Positions 1 to 8,800 of a stretch of 20,000 nt of DNA are shown one piece after another. The stretch is from the IMG/VR virus record IMGVR_UViG_3300046001_003584; one strand, given 5' to 3'. Both the position numbers and the translations under genes were made by a program. Source of the stretch: an uncultured virus (IMG/VR IMGVR_UViG_3300046001_003584). Taxonomy: Duplodnaviria; Heunggongvirae; Uroviricota; Caudoviricetes. How positions within the stretch are numbered: the stretch's first letter is position 1; each line of letters begins with the position of its first letter. The notes beneath the pieces are model-generated. The model was not told the DNA's origin. It did not search any database and saw only the letters and a list, made by a program, of their open reading frames with translations.

Positions 1-1134
1 TTCTTCCATATCATCGTTTGTGCAATTGTATGGCATTTTTCTTAGTGCATGGCTTTTACCTTGAAGTCTTGCAGCTTGTAAATTATGTTCCATGCCTTCT
101 TTAACTTTCTTTTTATCTTTGACAGCTTTCTTCATTGGCTCTTTCTTATTACCGTCTTTATCTATATCTAGAAAGTCTGGTTTGGCAGATTTCTTAGCAA
201 AAGGATTAACACCTTTCTTAGGTGCGTTCCCTTTCTTCTCATCCTTTTCTATATCTTTGGTAACTTTTTTTCCAATCTTTTCAGCCTTGTCATCTTTCTT
301 GACAAAAGGATTTACACCTTTCTTGCCTTCTAATACACCGCGATTAGCAGTGCTTAGTGGACTTGATTGTGCAAAGTACTGTGGAGCTTCAGCCTCATGC
401 ATCTTGCTTAATGTCGTAGCAAGTTGTGCTTGCTTTTCTGTCTTAGCAGGATAATCTTCTTTGTGTGCTAAGACTTTTGCTCTGAATTGAGTAGGAGTCA
501 TACCGTGAGATTTTGCTTTTGTGGTGAAGGCGCCCGGATGCTTAATAGCACCCTTGATCCAATTTTCACCATCTTCAGCCATTTGTTGATCAGGCATTAA
601 AGTCAGTTCACCTTTACCAATAGATTGTTTAATCTGTTGTGCTAATTGAGCGTTGTCAACTGTACCTAGTGTCTTATCACCTTGTGCAATAACTTGTGTG
701 TTCTTTTGTGGTTGACCTGCCATTTGTTGCTGTTGTCCGGGCTGTAGTGTTTGTCCGGGCTGCTTAGGCATTTGTGAAGCCGGTTTGATTTCAATTTGAT
801 CAGCTTCATTCAATGCTTGGGTTAATTGATCAAAGTATTCTTTCAAACTATGCTTAGTAGTTTTACTTTTATCCCACTTGGGCAACTTAACATCTTTACC
901 TGTTACACCAAATGCTGACCAATCAGGCTTGCTACCTGCAGGGGCTGCTTTTGGAGGACGACCTTTGCCACGCTTCACGGCAGGAGGTGCTTGCTTAACT
1001 GGGTTACCGTCAGCATCTTCATCGTCTTTACGACCGTAACCACCTGGGTCAGCAGTGTGAACTTCACCTGTATCAGTAGTAGTTGTGGCTTCTGATAAAT
1101 TGTCAAACGATTTTAATATATCTCTGAAATCCAT
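1..1134 (-). CDS. Large low-complexity Lys/Gln/Glu-rich protein, probably head-internal or scaffold-type; 3' end lies outside the window
   Basis: Not in the ORF track because it runs off the edge. ATG at 1134 with AGGA upstream; my translation starts MDFRDILKSFDNLSEATTTTDTGEVHT and is still open at position 1 (...YNCTNDDMEE). Contains KRGKGRPPK, two KKGVNPF repeats and DIDKDGNKKE. Function inferred from composition and late context. Confidence 0.75.
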   Translation of the reverse strand, partial: MDFRDILKSFDNLSEATTTTDTGEVHTADPGGYGRKDDEDADGNPVKQAPPAVKRGKGRPPKAAPAGSKPDWSAFGVTGKDVKLPKWDKSKTTKHSLKEYFDQLTQALNEADQIEIKPASQMPKQPGQTLQPGQQQQMAGQPQKNTQVIAQGDKTLGTVDNAQLAQQIKQSIGKGELTLMPDQQMAEDGENWIKGAIKHPGAFTTKAKSHGMTPTQFRAKVLAHKEDYPAKTEKQAQLATTLSKMHEAEAPQYFAQSSPLSTANRGVLEGKKGVNPFVKKDDKAEKIGKKVTKDIEKDEKKGNAPKKGVNPFAKKSAKPDFLDIDKDGNKKEPMKKAVKDKKKVKEGMEHNLQAARLQGKSHALRKMPYNCTNDDMEE

Positions 1135-1144
1135 TTTATTTTCC

Positions 1145-1774
1145 TTAACGGTTATATGCTGCGCCAGTCTTTGGCTTTGGTGGCATCTTTATAGTACTCA
1201 TTGGGCTCTTGTCCCCCATCTTCTTATCATCTAAATATGGCTTGAACGGGTCAAACGCATCTTTTGTTCTTGTCCCTGCATATGGAATATCAATCTTAGA
1301 CTCTTTAGCTTGATCTTTGATTGATTGTAAATATGAATCCCCGTACGCCTTGCTTGCTGCTTTGGCATCAGGCTGCTCACCCATTTCTTCTTTATCAAGC
1401 AATGGGCTATGACTCATTTCATTTTGATATCCCGCCTGTTCACTATCAATACTATCATCAAAAGCAGTTGATATCATACGCACCATGTTAACATTGTATC
1501 CGCATAACTGAGCAAGTTGTTGCACCATTGGTTCTGTAGCTGGGTATCTAAACTCAACTTTAATCAATGTAACACTTTCGTTCTCTAAGTTAGGAAAACC
1601 ATATGGTGATTTCTGTATTGGAGTACTTTTTGGTTCACCAATTTCCACTGGGTCAAACTTTTTTAGATTGTACTTAAACATGTCTATAAAGTTTTTGTCA
1701 ATGGTGCCGGCAATTTTGATAGTATACTTGTAAGTATGTATACTTTCAACAATGAAATGTTTAAGGCTTCGCAT
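1145..1774 (-). CDS. Hypothetical late protein (209 aa)
   Basis: ORF track 1145..1852. Start moved to ATG 1774 (MRSLKHFIVE), which follows AGGA and late promoter GATAAATA at 1795-1802 and removes the overlap with the upstream gene. Confidence 0.75.
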   Translation of the reverse strand: MRSLKHFIVESIHTYKYTIKIAGTIDKNFIDMFKYNLKKFDPVEIGEPKSTPIQKSPYGFPNLENESVTLIKVEFRYPATEPMVQQLAQLCGYNVNMVRMISTAFDDSIDSEQAGYQNEMSHSPLLDKEEMGEQPDAKAASKAYGDSYLQSIKDQAKESKIDIPYAGTRTKDAFDPFKPYLDDKKMGDKSPMSTIKMPPKPKTGAAYNR

Positions 1775-1794
1775 GTTTTTATTCCTGTATATAT

Positions 1795-1802
1795 TATTTA
1801 TC
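1795..1802 (-). promoter_or_regulatory. T4-type late promoter GATAAATA
   Basis: One mismatch to the T4 late consensus TATAAATA; intergenic, upstream of ATG 1774. Confidence 0.7.
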
Positions 1803-1805
1803 TTT

Positions 1806-2282
1806 TTAAGTGGATTTTGCTGCCAACATCTTAAGCAACTCGTTTCTATCAAGTTCTCTACCTTCTCCTATTGGGGTAGCTTCAATTTCCTTGTCCCTAC
1901 TTGATTCTTTTTGATCCAATTGTGCTTTTTTCAACTGTAAATCAATCATCTTTAACTTCTTATTTAGTTTAGCAGTTTTTGCAGTAATAGCATGACCAAG
2001 CATAGTTCCAGCAACATTAAATATCTCACTGGCATATCTGCTATCCACTTGCATCCCAAGATCAATTAAGTCTTTGTAGCTGCTTGTAGCCATCTCAGCT
2101 AATGCATCCATCTCATCATCTGCGGCTTCTAATCCACGGACTTGAGGTAATGCTTGTTCTATTTTTGATAGACTATCTAATGCTTCAGTGGTTATTTCCT
2201 GTGCATTTTCTGGTGTTGGTTTCGCCAAGGTGTCTATTTCATCTTGCGGCAGTTCAAAAAGTTCTTCTAGTCGTTTCGTCAT
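1806..2282 (-). CDS. Probable terminase small subunit (T4 gp16-like)
   Basis: 158-aa helical acidic protein (ATSSYKDLIDLGMQVDSRYASEIFNVAGTMLGHAITAK, C-terminal DRNELLKML) resembling the T4-like TerS layout; late context next to head completion gene. Confidence 0.55.
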   Translation of the reverse strand: MTKRLEELFELPQDEIDTLAKPTPENAQEITTEALDSLSKIEQALPQVRGLEAADDEMDALAEMATSSYKDLIDLGMQVDSRYASEIFNVAGTMLGHAITAKTAKLNKKLKMIDLQLKKAQLDQKESSRDKEIEATPIGEGRELDRNELLKMLAAKST

Positions 2283-2288
2283 AGAAAG

Positions 2289-2295
2289 TATTTAG
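2289..2295 (-). promoter_or_regulatory. Late promoter CTAAATA, 6 nt upstream of the ATG
   Basis: Minus strand reads TAACTAAATACTTTCTATG; no room for a Shine-Dalgarno between motif and start. Confidence 0.6.
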
Positions 2296-2331
2296 TTACT
2301 TTCGTGACCCATTTCTAAAAAGGTCATCTTC
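2296..2331 (-). pseudogene. Orphan second C-terminus of the head-completion gene (EDDLFRNGSRK*)
   Basis: GAA GAT GAC CTT TTT AGA AAT GGG TCA CGA AAG TAA in a shifted frame; parallels the in-frame EDSIFANTTS segment just upstream. Confidence 0.55.
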
Positions 2332-2773
2332 TTTTTTTTACACTACTAGTAGTATTTGCAAAAATTGAATCTTCACTAATGACCCTAAAAACATAACCGT
2401 GCTGTTTGCAATATGCAGTAGCGGATAGGAATTTAGCTTGGTTAACTATTGCATGTAATTTATCATGTCTGGTTTTTGCTTCAGTCAATGATGTTTGACT
2501 TTTTGGTTTTACTTCAACTATTTCTGCCTTAATTTGATGTGATTTATTTTCATAAACCACAAAAAAATCAGGAATATATTGATGTATTTTTCCATCTAAT
2601 GGGCTACGATACGGTATTGAAATTGATTCACTTGCCCAATGTGTAATATGTTTATTTTCATCTAAAAACATCATAACCCGCATTTCCCAAGACGATCTGT
2701 ATTTGGGTTTATGTTTACCTACATACTTTTGTGGATTTCGGCAAGTATAAGTACCCTGAGCATAATTAGCCAT
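2324..2773 (-). CDS. gp4: Head completion nuclease (T4 gp4-like, TnsA N-terminal PD-(D/E)xK fold)
   Basis: Motifs NPQKYVG, YRSSWE, WASE..IPY, YIPDF, EVKP, AK..A..YC, FRVISE typical of gp4. Confidence 0.88.
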   Translation of the reverse strand: MANYAQGTYTCRNPQKYVGKHKPKYRSSWEMRVMMFLDENKHITHWASESISIPYRSPLDGKIHQYIPDFFVVYENKSHQIKAEIVEVKPKSQTSLTEAKTRHDKLHAIVNQAKFLSATAYCKQHGYVFRVISEDSIFANTTSSVKKRR

Positions 2774-2775
2774 AC

Positions 2776-3135
2776 TTATTGCACTATGTTTCGTGCCACT
2801 GGTTGATTTGATTTTGGTATGATAGCTATGCCATATAATGAAGTTTTGCTTTTAAAACTATTTAGATAGTAAGCAAGAATTTGATTCATTTCCATTTTCT
2901 TTGTACCTTTGATTTGGTCAATTAATTGTAATACAGGTATCTGTGTTTCTTGTGCTATTCTAAATAACACCGCAGTAAAATTAGCTGCAATATTTTTAGA
3001 GGCACAAACAGATACAAAATATGAATATACGATATCATATTCTACAGCATTAACAACTGAATTGAACGCATAAAAAGAATCAAAAATTCTAACTGTTTGA
3101 TCTAAGTTTGTACGATTATCTATAATTTGTGACAT
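2776..3135 (-). CDS. Hypothetical virion-region protein (119 aa)
   Basis: Tightly packed co-directional ORF in the late operon; no recognisable motif. Confidence 0.7.
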   Translation of the reverse strand: MSQIIDNRTNLDQTVRIFDSFYAFNSVVNAVEYDIVYSYFVSVCASKNIAANFTAVLFRIAQETQIPVLQLIDQIKGTKKMEMNQILAYYLNSFKSKTSLYGIAIIPKSNQPVARNIVQ

Positions 3136-3144
3136 TTTTTTACT

Positions 3145-4350
3145 TTATTGTGGTCCACTCTGACCGGATGTTTGTGAACCCGCGGAAGGATTACCGCCTA
3201 TCTGTGGAGGTGCAGATAGTGCTCCTGATAATTTTGCTCCAGCAGTTCCAATTCTACTTTGAATAGCACCAAATATAGGAGTTGCTACATTGACATTTCT
3301 ATTTGGGGTTTGTCCTACTGAATTATTTATACCATTGACAACTTCTGATTTTGCAATATTCACTATGTTTGTATTTTTAAATGTATTATATGCCGTGCCA
3401 TTCGCCGTGTTAGTTTCTTGTACTATATTTCTATTAGTTTTCAATGTGCCGCCAGCACCGTCAACTAATCCACCTTGACCTAATATCTTTGAATTTGCAT
3501 CGGGTCTTGCTATAGGGCTTAATCTTCTATCATAAAAAGCTTCCTCACCAAATCCAGTGACGATATTATCGGGGCTCTTACCATCTATTGCACCTTCATT
3601 ATAAACTACAGTTTCGTAATCCAATGTCATTTGATGTTCCATTGTTCCGTTGCCTTGAGCATAATCATATGTATCATGGCTAAAAGCTGTTATTACAGGA
3701 TTGATCAATGTATAAGCTACAAAATTATGTTGGTTGAAACCAAACACTGTTATATTTTTAAAGAAAGGTATTTTTTGACCAGTTGGATCGCTAGTACTAC
3801 CTTGATAACCCCAACTTGCATTCCCAGTAATAGAAGGTTGATATTGTGTTCTGCTATTGTATGTGGCATCAGTTTCACCTGCGAACCCTCCGCCTCCTGT
3901 TAATTGTGATATTGGGGTATCTCCTCTTGCTCCGTTAAACACAACTTGTGGTTTTGTTCCATCGGCGTAGTAGTAATTGTAATAACCCTTCCACATTTTT
4001 CTAATTGAATTTCCATTATCATCATGGAACGTAATATTAACTGGATCGTATTTGATTTTTGTTTGTATCAATCTTTTACGATTATATTGATTCAATGTTG
4101 CTACGTCTAAATTAAAGCCAGGGAGTTTTACTGTTTTAACTAATAGGCCGTAACTAGCCAAATTGAAGTCGCTTGGCAATCCAGTTGGATTAAGTTGAAA
4201 GTAAACATGAAATAGAAACTTAAATTTAGGAGCATTTTCATATGCATTGGGTCTAAATGTTTTACTAGCGTGAGTGTAATCACGAAGGAAAACACTGCCG
4301 GAAAATGCTCCGGCAGTGTCTGTTTGTAAGTTTTGATAAAATCCAGACAT
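3145..4350 (-). CDS. Tail tube-fold protein (gp19/gp54/gp48-like tube initiator) with Gly/Asn-rich C-terminal extension
   Basis: LLVKTVKLPGF..NQYNRKR.IQTKIKYDPVNITFHDD..W..Y and YTLINPVITAFSHDTYDY...MTLDYE resemble the tube fold; immediately downstream of the tube gene. Confidence 0.7.
   Translation of the reverse strand: MSGFYQNLQTDTAGAFSGSVFLRDYTHASKTFRPNAYENAPKFKFLFHVYFQLNPTGLPSDFNLASYGLLVKTVKLPGFNLDVATLNQYNRKRLIQTKIKYDPVNITFHDDNGNSIRKMWKGYYNYYYADGTKPQVVFNGARGDTPISQLTGGGGFAGETDATYNSRTQYQPSITGNASWGYQGSTSDPTGQKIPFFKNITVFGFNQHNFVAYTLINPVITAFSHDTYDYAQGNGTMEHQMTLDYETVVYNEGAIDGKSPDNIVTGFGEEAFYDRRLSPIARPDANSKILGQGGLVDGAGGTLKTNRNIVQETNTANGTAYNTFKNTNIVNIAKSEVVNGINNSVGQTPNRNVNVATPIFGAIQSRIGTAGAKLSGALSAPPQIGGNPSAGSQTSGQSGPQ
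4285..4319 (-). terminator. Intragenic terminator-like hairpin
   Basis: Perfect 11-bp stem ACACTGCCGGA (4292-4302)/TCCGGCAGTGT (4309-4319), 6-nt loop, followed by TTTCCTT on the minus strand. Confidence 0.55.
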
Positions 4351-4358
4351 GCTAGATT

Positions 4359-4365
4359 TATTTAG
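4359..4365 (-). promoter_or_regulatory. Late promoter CTAAATA, 8 nt upstream of the ATG
   Basis: Minus strand reads TAACTAAATAAATCTAGCATG. Confidence 0.6.
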
Positions 4366-4377
4366 TTACGATTCTTT

Positions 4378-5010
4378 TTAGAAAGAACCACCGATACCGG
4401 TAGTAATTGAACCAAATGTCCTTGGTACTTGTGTACCGACCCCTGTACCGAGAGGTGATTGAATTGCGTTATCAAAACGTAAGGTCAATGAAATTGTCAC
4501 TGCATCGTTTGTAACATAATTTAATGTATTATAGTTTGCGGTTTGAACAAAGCAACCATAACATTCCCAAGTTTCTAATACTACCGGAGTACTTGCACCA
4601 TTGCCACCGTCTAGTATTTCAATGTTTGTTTGAAACTTGTAGTCTTGACCAGATACCGCACTTGCTTGTTCAACAAAATCCATTTGCTTCTGTAATTGCT
4701 GACCAACTAATCTTGACACACTGTTTGAAGCATCATCACGAATGTTGATAGCTAATGTTTGCCATGCAGCCTTTCCAGCCAAATACATTGTTGAGTTATA
4801 AATATTTATTGGAATTTCTGTGAACTGTACGTTGGGACGAGAGCAATCAATAACTTGCTTTGTTAACTCTACCGTACTGGTGTCTGCTCCAAAATTCAAA
4901 AAATTAACTCTGAATCTGAACTGTAGTTTGGGCATTAGTAAGCCCTGATTGCCGCCGGCATTATCAGAGGCGACTGTCATGTTGAACAATGATTGTGAGG
5001 CTGTTGCCAT
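4378..5010 (-). CDS. gp19: Tail tube protein (T4 gp19-like)
   Basis: 210 aa, PKLQFRFRV..RPNVQF..YLAGK..W..L.I.IRDD..ETWECYGCF..ISLTLRFDNA; directly downstream of sheath; strong SD AGGAGA. Confidence 0.88.
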   Translation of the reverse strand: MATASQSLFNMTVASDNAGGNQGLLMPKLQFRFRVNFLNFGADTSTVELTKQVIDCSRPNVQFTEIPINIYNSTMYLAGKAAWQTLAINIRDDASNSVSRLVGQQLQKQMDFVEQASAVSGQDYKFQTNIEILDGGNGASTPVVLETWECYGCFVQTANYNTLNYVTNDAVTISLTLRFDNAIQSPLGTGVGTQVPRTFGSITTGIGGSF

Positions 5011-5032
5011 TTTATATTTCTCCTATTAATCT

Positions 5033-5040
5033 TATTTATC
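5033..5040 (-). promoter_or_regulatory. Late promoter GATAAATA for the tube gene
   Basis: Lies between the sheath hairpin and the tube SD. Confidence 0.7.
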
Positions 5041-5042
5041 TT

Positions 5043-5079
5043 AACTAAACTGATAACCCCCGAAGGGGTTATTTTAGTT
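5043..5079 (-). terminator. Hairpin after the sheath gene with C(UUCG)G tetraloop
   Basis: Minus strand ATAACCCC-TTCG-GGGGTTAT (5053-5072), extendable by AACTAAA/TTTAGTT; UUCG loops are typical of T4 terminators. The U-tract is weak. Confidence 0.72.
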
Positions 5080-5081
5080 TA

Positions 5082-8000
5082 CTATATTCCTGCTATCTCA
5101 CCTGTGTTTAATACACGAACCGGGATGTAGATAAATTCAGCTGCCTTGACTGGTTCAATTGCAACGTCTACCCAAAGTTCATTTCTATCTATTCTTGCTG
5201 GTGTGTTGTTACTTTCATCACATATTACAAGATAATCATAAATTCCGCGTTTAGCAACTAAATCTACCATCAATGTTTGAATAACCCCTTGAATTTGTTG
5301 TCTTGTTAGTGCATCGTTAGGTTCAAATACGAATGGACGTGCTGCTAATGTTAATTGTCTACGAACATACGCAATTAGTCGTGCAACGTTAGTTCTGTCT
5401 AAAGCACTAGAACTATTGAAACTTGTCTTGTTGCCATAATTCAACAATCCAATGCCAGTAAAGAATACTAATGGATTGATAAAGTTAATATACAACACAT
5501 CACGAATACCAATACGTGTCTTAGTAGTTATAAATTCACCAGTTGCACTATCAATATAACCGATGTTTGTTGCATTGTCAATATTACCTCTACGTGTACC
5601 TGCTGCTGCTAACCAAGGATAAGCAACTGTATCATTTCTGATAAATGTACGCAACATCATATGACTTGCGGGAACTGCAACTAGATTACCACTTAGATCA
5701 CTTGTGATACCACTTGGATAGAACAAACCTAAATATGTATTACGTGTTACACATCCTGCTTCACCTGTGCTTGTAGCACCTGCCGCGTTAGTTGCCCATG
5801 CTTGAATTGATGTAGCATCTGATGGCAATCTCATTGGAGTATCACCTAAGATATAACCTGTATCACCACGATCAGCATTCAACACAACCATATTAGGTTG
5901 TAATTCTGGATAACCAGGAGTAGCCATCAAGTTGAAGAAATTATCTTCATCACGAATGTCATTGTTAGTATCCATTGCTGAACGCAATGATATTACAACC
6001 ATATTACGTTGCGCCTGACGACCCATATAAGGAGCACCATTTGATTGCAATCCACTTTCACTTAACCACGTTGCTGTTTCTACTGGCAAAGTTTGATCAG
6101 GGAAATTAATGCCGTTGAAGTAATTTGCTTGGTATGATTTAACATTGTAACCTGAACGGCGTGTGTTAAATAATAGCATACCTGTTGGGTATAATGCTGC
6201 ATCAGGTACATCTAAGTCTACATAGTCGCTGGCCAATAAGCTAACGATACTTGGAATAGGATCATCAACTACATTTGTGTTGTCGTTGGTTGCCCAACGT
6301 GCATCAGCAAACACTACACCCTTGCTGCTTGTTTGATCAGCGTTGTCTAACAATACCCACATGTCTGTCATGCTTGTTGTATCAAATTCCCAACGACTGA
6401 TTATTGGATACAGTTCTAAATCACTGGTATCAATCCATAGATCACCGTATACTAACGCTGTAGTATCACTTTGAGTTGTTGGTGCAGTTGCAGCAATTAT
6501 AGGACCAGCTGGATCTGTTGTGTTACTTCCAGTTGGGGTCGGGAAACCAGTACTGTCATAATTTATATTTTTATAACCATTCCATTGTCCGCCGGATTGA
6601 ACCATAATGTCTACTTGGTCAATGACACTCCAGAACCAATTTGTACCTTGTGCAGGAGCTGCTACCGGAGCACCTTCATTTGCTGTAAACACTAGTGGAA
6701 TCCAGTTACTAACTTGAATAGAAGTTTTTAGTGAAGATACACCGCTGTAATAAGTTACTGCGGTAACTACACCTGAACTCACTGATACAACTTTTAATAA
6801 TAAATCATTGGCCGGTGTAGCTCCTCCCAATAATGCTCCACTAACTGTTATAGTATTACCTACAGCATAACCAGTTCCGCCAGACGCTACACCTGTTCCT
6901 ATTATACCATAAAGGAAGCCACTTTGAATATTTGCATTCACTGTCAATCCTGAGCCAGCACCACCTGTAGTAGCTATGCCATTAAAATCTACACTAGCAC
7001 CTGAAAGTGGGCCATCGTATTGAACAAAAGGAGTAATTTGAGCATCAAAGCCAGCTTGTGTTAGTATGGTGGCAGAACGCCCTTGATTAGCTCCTGCTGT
7101 TGATATACGATCATTCATTACAATTTCGCCACCTTGAGTATGTACTAATTGCACAGCATCGTCAGTAGTTAACAATGCAGTTGTATAAGGAATAGCAGCA
7201 GCTAACCAGTTAGTTACAAATTGCAACGGAGTACAATTATTAGGAATAGTAACAGTATATTGACTTGACAAGCTAGTACTATTTGGTATACTGGTTTGAA
7301 CTGTAATAGTTGCTGTTGACAACGTATACGGCAAAGCTATTGTGAAAGCTGTCTCACTGCCGGTTGCCACTGTTGGCCCTGTTGCTGCTCTTTCCCATAA
7401 ATATATAGGAAAGGTGCTGTTTTTAAAAGGATAGCTCCAATCGTATTGTGCGTAGACAGTACCTACCGGAATCGCTTGTCCGCCAGTGGCGTCAATAGTA
7501 GCATCTGCTGACCAGTTATTGGTAGCTAATGTTACAGATTTTGCTACAAAAGAACCAGTAACTGCATTATATTCAGAAACAACCGGGGTTAAACCAAGAC
7601 CTGCATTGCTAGCCTTAATCCATACTGAACCAGTTGGATGAGGATATGTTTGACTACTTGACCATAACGGCATTTCTGCTGAAGTACCATATACAACTTG
7701 AGGTTGATAGTAATTTTGTGCAGTTAACCCTACATCAGCTAACACTGTGCCTGTGCCAGTAATTCCAAGATATTGATTACCAGTAGTTGAAGGTTGAGTA
7801 GATAATAAGACTAATTTACCTGATACTACCTCCGCAGTAATATAGCTATATCCCAATGAATTGATAGCATTTGCAACACCTTGAACAGTGTTAAAAGGGG
7901 ATGCAGGCACCGCAACAGTAGTAGACCACACCCCACTTAAACTAATAATTAAAGTGTCAGTGGCAGTTAATGTAGGGTTAGAATTTGTACCTTGAACAGT

Positions 8001-8666
8001 TGGCCATTGACCTCGCCATGTTCTGGACCCTAATGTTGTCCAAACATTACTAGAAGTTTTGTAATAATATTGTTGATATGCTGAATCAGCTTCAACCGTA
8101 GCATTAATTGCATAATCACCAATATTACCTAAACTAGCAATAGGTTCACCATTGGTTAAATATGCCTGGTCTGTTATAACGATTGGAGTTTTTGCTGTAA
8201 ATTGTCCGGTTGTTGCATTGAACTGGAAGATACCCCATGTAGAAGTAGTTGTATCTAACCAATATGCACCATTTGCCGGTGCACCTGAAGGACGACCAAC
8301 TGAACCTACTAGACTTGCTAGATCAATATCAGCACGTAATGTATATACCCGATTGGTTGTGCCTAATGCGGAATAAGCCGCTAATAACCCGTATTCGTTT
8401 AATTCGTAACCTTGGATAGGTGTTCCTGCTGTTGTTGTATAAAAGAACGGTACACCATAAAAATCTACCAAATCTTTTTGACTTGTAATTTGATATAATT
8501 TACCTCCATTTGCCGCTGTAGTACCGGCTGCGACACCTGTACCAGAAGGGTTTGCTTTATTCTGTGCTGTTGCGAAAACTACCAACGGCACGGTGGCGCC
8601 TGGTGCAGGTAGATATTGACTTTGGTCAATGATAGTGACTTCGACGCCCGGTGAGGTTAATGACAT
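5082..8666 (-). CDS. gp18: Contractile tail sheath protein (T4 gp18-like), enlarged
   Basis: N-terminal MSLTSPGVEVTIIDQSQY; C-terminal YPWLAAAGTRRG, INPL, GNKT..SALDRTNVARL, FVFEPND, CDESNNTPARIDRNELWVDVAIEPVKAAEFIYIP. Confidence 0.96.
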   Translation of the reverse strand: MSLTSPGVEVTIIDQSQYLPAPGATVPLVVFATAQNKANPSGTGVAAGTTAANGGKLYQITSQKDLVDFYGVPFFYTTTAGTPIQGYELNEYGLLAAYSALGTTNRVYTLRADIDLASLVGSVGRPSGAPANGAYWLDTTTSTWGIFQFNATTGQFTAKTPIVITDQAYLTNGEPIASLGNIGDYAINATVEADSAYQQYYYKTSSNVWTTLGSRTWRGQWPTVQGTNSNPTLTATDTLIISLSGVWSTTVAVPASPFNTVQGVANAINSLGYSYITAEVVSGKLVLLSTQPSTTGNQYLGITGTGTVLADVGLTAQNYYQPQVVYGTSAEMPLWSSSQTYPHPTGSVWIKASNAGLGLTPVVSEYNAVTGSFVAKSVTLATNNWSADATIDATGGQAIPVGTVYAQYDWSYPFKNSTFPIYLWERAATGPTVATGSETAFTIALPYTLSTATITVQTSIPNSTSLSSQYTVTIPNNCTPLQFVTNWLAAAIPYTTALLTTDDAVQLVHTQGGEIVMNDRISTAGANQGRSATILTQAGFDAQITPFVQYDGPLSGASVDFNGIATTGGAGSGLTVNANIQSGFLYGIIGTGVASGGTGYAVGNTITVSGALLGGATPANDLLLKVVSVSSGVVTAVTYYSGVSSLKTSIQVSNWIPLVFTANEGAPVAAPAQGTNWFWSVIDQVDIMVQSGGQWNGYKNINYDSTGFPTPTGSNTTDPAGPIIAATAPTTQSDTTALVYGDLWIDTSDLELYPIISRWEFDTTSMTDMWVLLDNADQTSSKGVVFADARWATNDNTNVVDDPIPSIVSLLASDYVDLDVPDAALYPTGMLLFNTRRSGYNVKSYQANYFNGINFPDQTLPVETATWLSESGLQSNGAPYMGRQAQRNMVVISLRSAMDTNNDIRDEDNFFNLMATPGYPELQPNMVVLNADRGDTGYILGDTPMRLPSDATSIQAWATNAAGATSTGEAGCVTRNTYLGLFYPSGITSDLSGNLVAVPASHMMLRTFIRNDTVAYPWLAAAGTRRGNIDNATNIGYIDSATGEFITTKTRIGIRDVLYINFINPLVFFTGIGLLNYGNKTSFNSSSALDRTNVARLIAYVRRQLTLAARPFVFEPNDALTRQQIQGVIQTLMVDLVAKRGIYDYLVICDESNNTPARIDRNELWVDVAIEPVKAAEFIYIPVRVLNTGEIAGI

Positions 8667-8718
8667 TTTATTTTTCCTTTAGTAAAATTCTGAGGTTTAC
8701 AACCTAATTGCATACTAT

Positions 8719-8769
8719 TATTTAGCAAAAAATTTAAAAAATAACAAATTGCTTGCATTTTTATAAATA
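8719..8769. promoter_or_regulatory. Divergent late promoters: CTAAATA (minus, 8719-8725, sheath) and TATAAATA (plus, 8762-8769, endonuclease)
   Basis: Both motifs are in the 134-bp AT-rich divergent gap; the plus one is a perfect T4 late consensus. Confidence 0.7.
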
Positions 8770-8800
8770 AGCATATCTTCAAAGGTATTTAGGAAATTAC

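Noticed and set aside
92..454. 120-aa hydrophobic plus-strand ORF
   Set aside because: Antisense shadow of the Lys/Glu-rich minus-strand gene 1..1134.
2332..2340. A8 run as a programmed -1 frameshift in gp4
   Set aside because: The -1 frame gives an unremarkable short tail; the gp4-like remnant is in the +1 frame and would only duplicate the motif, so a recombination scar is more parsimonious.
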